The notes under the pieces were generated by a model, which was not told where the DNA came from, made no database searches, and worked only from the letters and a program-made list of their open reading frames with translations. A program made the translations under genes and the position numbers. A stretch of DNA of 64,000 bases from a virus: the IMG/VR virus record IMGVR_UViG_3300042453_002958, positions 1-64,000 of that record; one strand, 5' to 3'. Shown here in pieces: positions 57,399-64,000 of the stretch (position 1 is the stretch's first letter; every line of letters begins with the position of its first letter).

Positions 57399-58406
57399 TC
57401 AGCGCTTCGGCTTGCCGCCGTAGGCGGCGGTCGAAAACACTTCGGCCGACTCCGGCAGGTAGGCGGAGCTGCTGACGGTCCAGCCGCCGTATCGGCTGTC
57501 TCCGAGATAGTTGCCGCCGCCCATGCTGTAGTTTTCGCGGTGCTCGATGGACTCCTCGCGGATGTGCCACTCCAGCGGCACGACCGGCCCGTGTGCCGTG
57601 TGCAGGGGCTGCAGCGGGTTCGCGGCCGCGTGGGCTTCGGCAGCGGCCCGCGTCGGCAGCGGCCCGGCGACCAGGTCGCGGTGCCAGCCGGACACGGTGC
57701 CAGCGTAGACCCGTTCGCCGCGGTCGTCGGTGTAGTCGGTGCTCGTGACCGGCTTGACGTACCAGCGGCCAAGGCCCGGCCCGTAGTCGGCCGTGGGCTT
57801 GAACGCGGCCGCGGCTTTCCGCAGCTGGGCGAACGACTCGCGCTTCCCGCGGCCGAAGCCGATCACGACCTCGCGGGCGGTGCGGTGGCCGAAGTAGTCG
57901 CTCTGGCTGTCCGACTCATCGACCCGAAACTTTGCAAAGATCACGCGGTCGGCGCCCGCGTCGCTCATCGCCGTGGCGAGCGCGTCGCGGCTCATCGTCC
58001 GCAGCTGCGGCACGTCGTCGTACGCCACCGCGTCCGCCTCCGCACGGGCCATGCGGCGCTCCTCGGCGTCGCGGTGGCGGCTGGCCATTTCTTCAAGGCC
58101 GCGGACCGTCTCGGCGACGTCGTCCGCGAGATACTGCCGGCCGTCGTTCGTGGCGCAGTTGTAGACCAGCGGCGGCCAGCCGTGATCGTCGGCACGCTCC
58201 GCGATGATTTCGAGCGCGGCGGACGCGATTTCGGTTTTCGTTATCGGCTCCACCGTGTCGCCGTACTGGTCCGCAAGCGCGGCCGCGTTCGCGGCGGCCA
58301 CGACGGCGAGCAGGTCGGCCACGTCGGCCAACTGGCCAAGGCCAAGCCGCACGGCGGCGGCGGCGAAGGATGCGAGATTCGACACTTCAAGGTTCGCGAC
58401 GCTCAT
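57399..58406 (-). CDS. Cassette protein B-2, polyvalent-protein-like domain
   Basis: DESDSQSDYF...VIGF...LRKAA...EHRENYSMGGGNYLG...GW, as recalled from large polyvalent proteins of conjugative elements. Confidence 0.6.
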   Translation of the reverse strand: MSVANLEVSNLASFAAAAVRLGLGQLADVADLLAVVAAANAAALADQYGDTVEPITKTEIASAALEIIAERADDHGWPPLVYNCATNDGRQYLADDVAETVRGLEEMASRHRDAEERRMARAEADAVAYDDVPQLRTMSRDALATAMSDAGADRVIFAKFRVDESDSQSDYFGHRTAREVVIGFGRGKRESFAQLRKAAAAFKPTADYGPGLGRWYVKPVTSTDYTDDRGERVYAGTVSGWHRDLVAGPLPTRAAAEAHAAANPLQPLHTAHGPVVPLEWHIREESIEHRENYSMGGGNYLGDSRYGGWTVSSSAYLPESAEVFSTAAYGGKPKR

Positions 58407-58468
58407 TTGAGATTCTCCGTTCTTGGTGTTGTGGGCCGGTTTTCCCGCCGGCCCGATCGGGTTGTGCA

Positions 58469-58497
58469 GTTATAGCCGATCGGCAAATAGAAGTCAA
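58469..58497 (-). promoter_or_regulatory. Cassette promoter B2
   Basis: TTGACT-tctatttgccgatcggc-TATAAC. Confidence 0.9.
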
Positions 58498-59078
58498 AAG
58501 GGGGCAGGTGCAAGGGCCGCACGAGTACGGGGCCGGCCGGCCGTCGGATGCCGGGCAAACCACTGGCAATCGGCGAGCGAGACCCGCCAGTTTCGGCCGA
58601 TCTTGTGGCCGCGGACCTTGCCGGCCTTCACGAGTTGCCGCAGCCATTGTTCGGTAACGTCCGCGATCGCGGCCCCTTCGACCAGGCCGACGAACGTCTC
58701 CGCGGCCCCGTTGTCCGCGGCCAGCTCCGCGAGCCGGGCGATCGTCTCGCCCATGACATCGTCGGCCGGTCGCATTGTGGGGGCCGACTCCGCGAGCTCC
58801 GCGAAAAGGTCGTCCGCGGTCATGCCACGATCGGCGGCGGTAACGTCAAGGCCGCGGATGTAGGTTGCATCCCCACCGGCAAGCGCGGCCCGGTTCCGGA
58901 TCCGCCAGTGTCCGCCGTGCTCGTCTCCACAACTGGCGGAGAAGGCCCCGCGGCGAAACTCGCCGATCCGCTCCAGCTCTGCGGCTTCGATCGCCCTGGT
59001 CTCGCGGTATGCGGCCAGCACGTCCGCCCAATCGAGTCCGGCGGCGGCGGCGGCTTGCTTGTGGGCTTGCGTGTTCAT
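58494..59078 (-). CDS. Cassette protein B-1 with C-terminal HTH_17-like domain
   Basis: EGAAIADVTEQWLRQLVKAGKVRGHKIGRNWRV, AGRPR; GGGAG RBS. Confidence 0.75.
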   Translation of the reverse strand: MNTQAHKQAAAAAGLDWADVLAAYRETRAIEAAELERIGEFRRGAFSASCGDEHGGHWRIRNRAALAGGDATYIRGLDVTAADRGMTADDLFAELAESAPTMRPADDVMGETIARLAELAADNGAAETFVGLVEGAAIADVTEQWLRQLVKAGKVRGHKIGRNWRVSLADCQWFARHPTAGRPRTRAALAPAPF

Positions 59079-59103
59079 GGTCTCTTGCTCCCGTGTTGTG
59101 ATG

Positions 59104-59131
59104 ATAATAGCCGATCGGCAAATAGAGTCAA
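59104..59131 (-). promoter_or_regulatory. Cassette promoter B1
   Basis: TTGACT-ctatttgccgatcggc-TATTAT. Confidence 0.85.
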
Positions 59132-59280
59132 GCCCCATCACAAAAAAAACAAGAAGCCCGGAAACCGCGGGCGATCGTGCGGAGCATATTGCCGATCGGA
59201 CACTTGGCAAACGCGAAACCGGACCCCGGCCGGTCGTGCTCGTGACGGTCCGCGGGCGGGCGGAGACCTGGTGCAGGTCG

Positions 59281-59370
59281 TCTCGTCGTCTCGTCGTCTC
59301 GTCGGTCGGTCGGTCGGTCGGTCGGTCGGTCGGTCGGTCGGTCGGTCGGTCGGTCGTCGTCGTCGTCGTC
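59281..59370. repeat. Compound microsatellite (TCTCGTCG)3, (GTCG)14, (TCG)4-5
   Basis: Read directly. Confidence 0.95.
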
Positions 59371-59380
59371 ACCAGCTCGC

Positions 59381-59514
59381 CGGGCCGGCCATCGAAATAC
59401 CAGCCGAGGCCGGCGGGCCGGCGATCGAAATACCCCACGCGAGGGGTGCCCCACCGAAATACCACCTAGGGGGGGTGTGTTGCGTTTTGCAACACCCCCA
59501 CCTAGGTGGGGGGG
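59381..59514. repeat. Three CGAAATACC direct repeats followed by nested palindrome
   Basis: 59393, 59426, 59455; CCACCTAGG...GTGTTGC-GTTTT-GCAACAC...CCTAGGTGG. Confidence 0.9.
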
Positions 59515-59661
59515 TAACAGGGACGTTGCGCCCCCCACGGCGGGGGGGTCCTTCGCCCCGCGGCACGCGGGGTGCCCCGGCTGCGAACTACACCCAATCG
59601 ATGACTGCCGCCCGAAAGGCCCCCAAGAGCCGCAGGACGCCCGCCGCTGATCGCGGCGTGC

Positions 59662-60648
59662 TCACGCCGCAGGATCCTCTTTCCCCCGGAACTGGAGCAC
59701 GTCCGGGGGTCCGCTCGACGCCCCCGGCGGCGTCGATGGGGGTGTCGGCTGATCGTCTAGGTCGAGCGGCGGCAGCCAACCCAAGCCACCGTAGTCCGTA
59801 GGGCATATGTCGGGATCGACATATCTCTGCTGGAGATTCGGATCCGTGTGATCGAGCAGCCGCGTGGCCGCCGAGCTGCCGCCAGCGAGGGCGGCAAAAC
59901 TCGCGGCCGTCCGTCTCAGCCCGTGGAAGCCCCTGTACCGCACCCCGGCCGACTCGCACAAGACTTTCAGCGAGGCCCACTGCGACCTGGTCCGCCGATC
60001 CCACGGCCACACCAGGTCGTCGGGGCCGCGGCGGTGCTCGGCGAGCATCGCGGCCAGCTGCGGCGTGATCGACCGCTCGATGTCGCGAGTCGAGCCCTTT
60101 CTGGTCGCCCCGAGCAGCACGATCCGGCACCGCTCCAGGTCCACCTGTCCCCAGCGGAGCGCGGTGAGTGCCGAGAATCGTTCGCCGGAGCACACCGCGG
60201 CGTAGATGAGAGTCGGCCACCACCATCGGGCCGGAAGCCCGCCGACCTTGCCGATCCGCTTCTTGCCGTACCGGATGAGCTTCTCCACGTCTTCGGCCGT
60301 GTAGGCCCGGCCGACAGGCAGCCGCGTCGGCACCTTGATCTTGGGCAGCTCCGGAAACTCCGCGGCCCACCGCTTGCGGGCGGCGTAGGTCCAGACCGCG
60401 GCGATCATGACGCGATCCTTTCGCACGCTCGCGGGACTGGGCCGCCGCCCGGCCCACGCGATCGTCTCGGCCCGCCACCGCAGGTAGCGGGCGACGACCA
60501 GGTCGTCGAAGTCGTCGGTCGTCGCCGGCCGACCCAGGAACCGCTCGAACCGATCCCACAGCATCCGGTACAGCCCGGCCGTGTGGGGCTTCAACTCCCG
60601 CAGCAGAGCGTACCGCTCCGCGACCTCCCGAACCGTCATGGCACCCAT
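59662..60648 (-). CDS. int: Tyrosine integrase
   Basis: SGER, RKG, FHGLRR, LDHT, RYVD; homolog of 16192-17094. Confidence 0.9.
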   Translation of the reverse strand: MGAMTVREVAERYALLRELKPHTAGLYRMLWDRFERFLGRPATTDDFDDLVVARYLRWRAETIAWAGRRPSPASVRKDRVMIAAVWTYAARKRWAAEFPELPKIKVPTRLPVGRAYTAEDVEKLIRYGKKRIGKVGGLPARWWWPTLIYAAVCSGERFSALTALRWGQVDLERCRIVLLGATRKGSTRDIERSITPQLAAMLAEHRRGPDDLVWPWDRRTRSQWASLKVLCESAGVRYRGFHGLRRTAASFAALAGGSSAATRLLDHTDPNLQQRYVDPDICPTDYGGLGWLPPLDLDDQPTPPSTPPGASSGPPDVLQFRGKEDPAA

Positions 60649-60736
60649 CGTCGTCTCTCCCTCATGGTTGATCGGGGCAGACTACCACACCTGCACACCC
60701 GTACATCCATGACGGTGGGGGGTACGACCCCCAGGC

Positions 60737-60756
60737 TTCGACTCCCCTCGCCTCCA
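60737..60756 (+). other. Putative attP core matching a tmRNA-type 3' end
   Basis: TTCGACTCCCCTCGCCTCCA: T-loop plus Ala-type acceptor strand; upstream of int. Confidence 0.65.
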
Positions 60757-60891
60757 CTCGACATCTGCCCGGCACCCCGACTCTCTCACCGCGACGACCC
60801 GCAAGCAAGCAACGGGTTCGAGCGGGTGCAGTCGGGGGGCCGGGACAGGTTGGACAGTTGATTCGGCTGACGCCAGCGTTAGTATGGAGAC

Positions 60892-61116
60892 ATGATCGTG
60901 GCGCTACCTCCCAACCGCAAGCTGATCGGCACCCGCGACGCCGCCAAGATCCTTGGCATAAGCATGGGGCGGCTTCGCCAGCTCGCCCTCGACGGGACGG
61001 TGTGGAGTGACCACGCCGCAGCAAACGCTCGCGTGTTCGACGAGACAGAGATCCGCAAGCGGGCCAAGGTGCCCAGGACTACTGGGCGCAAGCCCGGCGG
61101 ATTTCGGGCCGGCTGA
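60892..61116 (+). CDS. HTH protein (excisionase/Cro-like)
   Basis: LIGTRDAAKILGISMGRLRQLA. Confidence 0.75.
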   Translation: MIVALPPNRKLIGTRDAAKILGISMGRLRQLALDGTVWSDHAAANARVFDETEIRKRAKVPRTTGRKPGGFRAG

Positions 61117-61131
61117 TTTCAGCGGCTTTTT
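61108..61131 (+). terminator. Putative intrinsic terminator
   Basis: GCCGGCTGA-TT-TCAGCGGC followed by T5. Confidence 0.5.
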
Positions 61132-61159
61132 CATGGGGACTCCTTTTCGGAGAACCCTC

Positions 61160-61187
61160 TTGACACGTTCTGACGCTCGCGTATATT
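61160..61187 (+). promoter_or_regulatory. Putative early rightward promoter
   Basis: TTGACA-16-TATATT. Confidence 0.55.
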
Positions 61188-61424
61188 TCCGCACCGTCGT
61201 TCATACGCTGTCGTCTGAACGACGCGGGCCGAGAAGTTTCGACTCCTCCACTCAATGTTTCTCGCGGGCTAGACGGCACAAAAAAACGAGTTGACCAACA
61301 ACTGAACTTGCGTACACCTAGGACATGCCACTCATCACGGTGATGGGTGGGCCACTCAGGCGAGGGACGCCGATGAAAACGAGAAAGAACGCATCGGCGG
61401 CCCGACTCACGAAGGGAGCCGGTC

Positions 61425-61736
61425 ATGGACATGGACGTCGAGATAAGAAACCTGCGGACCAAGGGCCGCGAGATCGAGGAGATCGCGGAGCTCTACGGGC
61501 TGGACGTGGCCGACGTGGAGGAGAGGCTGGCGTCGGCGTGGCGGGATCCACGATTCGGCGGCAAGGCCGAGCCGAACGAGTACCTCATCATGCTGGAGGC
61601 GAGCGCGGTGCGGATGCACTGGTCGCCGGAGGAGGAGTCGCGGCGACGGGGGCAGCGGAACGGCTGGACGCCGCCGGATGCGTCGGAGTCGATCTTCGCC
61701 AAGCCCGTCGCGAGCTTGCGGTACAGGTCTGCGTGA
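61425..61736 (+). CDS. HTH-containing hypothetical protein
   Basis: GREIEEIAELYGLDVADV. Confidence 0.6.
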   Translation: MDMDVEIRNLRTKGREIEEIAELYGLDVADVEERLASAWRDPRFGGKAEPNEYLIMLEASAVRMHWSPEEESRRRGQRNGWTPPDASESIFAKPVASLRYRSA

Positions 61737-62077
61737 CCGCCGGCACCCTGCGGGCCAGAGCCCGGGACGCCATGGACTGCTGCCACGGCCGGCTGCCGCT
61801 CAACGAGACGATCGACCTGTCGATCGACGAGCGAATCGAGCAGGGCGACGCCGAGGCTCTGTTCGACGCCGTCGTGGAGGCCATGGAGACCCTCGCGGAC
61901 CTGCAGGACCGGATCGCCGAATCGTACATGTGTGACGCCGACACCATGCGGCGGCTCGCGGCCGTGCGGCTCCGAAAGGAGCTGACGGGCCGGGACTGGC
62001 GTGGTGCGGCGTGGCCGGAGCAGGAGACCGCCGCGACGGATCGCGGCGGGAGGGAGGCCGGCGGAGCCGGTCGCTGA
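61733..62077 (+). CDS. Hypothetical protein
   Basis: GTGA-coupled. Confidence 0.5.
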   Translation: MTAGTLRARARDAMDCCHGRLPLNETIDLSIDERIEQGDAEALFDAVVEAMETLADLQDRIAESYMCDADTMRRLAAVRLRKELTGRDWRGAAWPEQETAATDRGGREAGGAGR

Positions 62078-62134
62078 CAGGACGGACACCCGGCGAGCCA
62101 CGGTAGGCAAGCCGGCCAATACACGGAGGGGCTC

Positions 62135-62452
62135 GTGCTGATTCTCAGCCGCTACCAGGGACAGGCAATCCGGATCGGTCCGGACGTGACGGTCGTGGTG
62201 ACCGCGATCAAGCAGGCCAACGGCTGCCGCCCCATGGTGAAGCTGGGCATCGACGCGCCCCAGTCCATCACGGTGATCCGCGAGGAAATCGAGGAGCGAT
62301 ATGGCGCACCAGACGACGGCGACCAGCGATGCCGCGAGGCGTCGAGAGGCGAAGCAGGCACTGGGGCTCGCCCGTGCGTGCCGGCTTCTCCGAGCAGTGA
62401 ATCTCATGCTCACGTCCGCGGCGGCTGTCCGCGGCCAGAGCAGGGTGTTTGA
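62135..62452 (+). CDS. csrA: CsrA/RsmA-like RNA-binding protein
   Basis: MLILSRYQGQAIRIG.DV.V.V...VKLGIDAP..I.VIREEI. Confidence 0.9.
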   Translation: MLILSRYQGQAIRIGPDVTVVVTAIKQANGCRPMVKLGIDAPQSITVIREEIEERYGAPDDGDQRCREASRGEAGTGARPCVPASPSSESHAHVRGGCPRPEQGV

Positions 62453-62528
62453 TGGCGACTTGCGGATGGTCCGCGAGGCCGCAGAGCTGATGAACGAGTG
62501 GGCCAAGGACGAGGGCACAAAAACATGA
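62301..62528 (+). CDS. Hypothetical protein, homolog of 19036-19263
   Basis: GAGGAG RBS; shared motifs. Confidence 0.55.
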   Translation: MAHQTTATSDAARRREAKQALGLARACRLLRAVNLMLTSAAAVRGQSRVFDGDLRMVREAAELMNEWAKDEGTKT

Positions 62529-63418
62529 AGATCACAAGAGGTATCCGACAGACACCGAGCCGCGTGGTGATCCACGGGGTCGAGGGCATCGGCAAGAGCA
62601 CGCTGGCGGCACAGTTCCCGAACCCGATCGTGCTCGACACCGAAGACGGCACCAACCACCTGGACGTGGCCCGGGTGACGTGCGGCGACTGGGCGACGTT
62701 CAAGGCCGCACTGGTCGAGATCGCGGGCGACACGCAGGGGTTTCAGAGCATCGTGATCGACTCGATGGACTGGGCCGAGCGGCTGCTGATCGAGAAGCTC
62801 TTGAAAGATGCCAACAAGCGGAGCATCGAGGACTTCGGTTTCGGCAAGGGCTACACGATGGTCGCGGAGGCCGTGTCGCGGCTGCTCGACGACCTGGACG
62901 TGATCGTCGGCAAGGGCATGAACGTCGTGCTCGTGGCCCACACCAAGGTCGCCCGCACGAGCCCGCCGGACATGGACGAGGGCTACGACCGCTTCGAGCT
63001 GAAACTGACCAAGCAGAGCGGGCCGCTCGTCAAAGAATGGGCCGACGCGATCCTGTTCGCCAACTACAAGACGCGGCTGGTCGAGGGCCAGGACGGCCGG
63101 ACGCGGGCCAAGGGCGGCAAGGAGCGGGTGCTGCACACCGAGCGGGCCGCGGCGTGGGACGCGAAAAACCGCTGCGGTCTCCCGGCCGAGATCCCCATGG
63201 ACATCGCGGCCCTTGCCCCGCTGTTCGCCCTGCCGAAGCCGCGGTCGTGGCGGGACCGGGTCCGCGAGGCCGCGACTGTCGAAGCCCTTGGGGCGATCGG
63301 GGACGACGTGGATGCCGCGGAGTCGTCGGGCAAGTTGCAGCCGGACCAGGCCGACGCCCTGCGGCAGATGATCGCGGGCCGGCACGACGAGATCCAGCCG
63401 CAGGAGGCCACAGCATGA
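62525..63418 (+). CDS. Sak4-like AAA ATPase recombinase (AAA_24)
   Basis: HGVEGIGKST, DTEDGT, IVIDSMDW, GFGKGY, EWAD, AKNR. Confidence 0.88.
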   Translation: MKITRGIRQTPSRVVIHGVEGIGKSTLAAQFPNPIVLDTEDGTNHLDVARVTCGDWATFKAALVEIAGDTQGFQSIVIDSMDWAERLLIEKLLKDANKRSIEDFGFGKGYTMVAEAVSRLLDDLDVIVGKGMNVVLVAHTKVARTSPPDMDEGYDRFELKLTKQSGPLVKEWADAILFANYKTRLVEGQDGRTRAKGGKERVLHTERAAAWDAKNRCGLPAEIPMDIAALAPLFALPKPRSWRDRVREAATVEALGAIGDDVDAAESSGKLQPDQADALRQMIAGRHDEIQPQEATA

Positions 63419-63615
63419 CCGGCACCCAGGTCGAGCGGGACGAGCAGACCGCCCACGAATCGGTGATGCAGGTGATCGAGGACGCCGTGACCGCGTTCAA
63501 GCGGGGCGGCATGAGCTACGACCGGGCCGCGACGGTGATCGGCACGGCACTGGCGAAAGAGTCGGCGCGGCCGGCTCGGATCGGTGAGACACACGCACCA
63601 GAGGTTACGACATGA
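63415..63615 (+). CDS. Hypothetical protein
   Basis: ATGA-coupled, AGGAGG RBS. Confidence 0.5.
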   Translation: MTGTQVERDEQTAHESVMQVIEDAVTAFKRGGMSYDRAATVIGTALAKESARPARIGETHAPEVTT

Positions 63616-64000
63616 ACTGGGACGATTTCGGCACGGTCGATGAGGGCGAGTCGGGCGTGGTGGAGCAGCTCTGCCCGGAGGGTGCCCACACGGCCACGAT
63701 CGGCTGGTTGAAGATGCAGCCGAAGGAGTGGGCGGAGTGTGAAGCCAACCCCAAGGGCATGTGCCTGACGGTGCGGCTCGACGTGAAGAAGGGCATCAAA
63801 GCCGTCTTCGACACGATCCCCTGCCACCGCCGGGCGACCATCGAGGCGCTCTGCCGGTCGGCCCGGATCGACCCGCCGCGGGGCGATTGGGACGAGAGCG
63901 AGTTGAAGGGCTGCGTCGTGACGTTCGAGAGCGTCATTTCGCTGTCGAAGAAGGGCAACGACTACGTGCTGATAAAGGGCTACAAGCCCAACGCGGACCC
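63612..64000 (+). CDS. Single-stranded DNA-binding protein (DUF669-like), truncated by window
   Basis: PEG.H.A.I motif, downstream of Sak4; frame open to window end. Confidence 0.55.
   Translation, partial: MNWDDFGTVDEGESGVVEQLCPEGAHTATIGWLKMQPKEWAECEANPKGMCLTVRLDVKKGIKAVFDTIPCHRRATIEALCRSARIDPPRGDWDESELKGCVVTFESVISLSKKGNDYVLIKGYKPNAD

Larger units (their letters stand above)
36793..64000. mobile_element. Phage B: second, diverged related temperate phage (partial)
   Basis: Second set of tail terminator, tail tube, chaperone, tape measure, dNMP kinase, integrase and CsrA genes, recognisably homologous to phage A but diverged. Confidence 0.85.

Noticed and set aside
59079-59465. N-terminal extension of ORF 58494-59465 with TDRP repeats (phase-variable CDS)
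   Set aside because: Promoter B1 and a good RBS lie inside it, pointing to a start at 59078; the extension is translated microsatellite
59462-60648. Protelomerase plus telRL hairpin site
   Set aside because: The palindrome is imperfect, the recombinase is a short ordinary integrase homologous to phage A's, and a tmRNA-like attP is present
60700-60760. Intact tRNA/tmRNA gene (also considered at 17150-17225)
   Set aside because: Only the 3' 20 or so nt match; no 5' acceptor strand or cloverleaf

Overview
The window holds two related but diverged GC-rich, temperate, siphovirus-like phage genomes joined head to tail; no host genes were recognised. Phage A (1-36666) appears complete and circularly permuted, because bases 1-126 recur exactly at 36667-36792. 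It carries neck/tail genes, a protease/membrane-protein cassette, nucleotide-metabolism genes, a tyrosine integrase with a tRNA-like attP, CsrA, Bet/YqaJ recombination genes, an iteron-containing replication initiator, a GpA terminase, a lambda-type portal, a protease-scaffold-capsid fusion and a collagen-like fibre. Phage B (36793 to >64000, partial) continues syntenically from the shared fibre 3' end: a glycosylation trio, tail genes, a protease cassette, a Prim-Pol, an integrase with a tmRNA-like attP, CsrA and Sak4/SSB. A Planctomycetota host is inferred from gene content only. The best candidate for an undescribed system is present in both phages: arrays of small orphan genes, driven by repeated sigma70 promoters with a conserved CCRRTCGG operator in the spacer, stereotyped leaders, and an embedded homologous HTH regulator. 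Also notable: a protease-only putative lysis cassette, a conserved poly-T -1 frameshift with a long dual-coding overlap, Cys-rich tail-tip proteins, and a microsatellite/direct-repeat/palindrome locus. All product calls are by eye from motifs and synteny; no searches were run.
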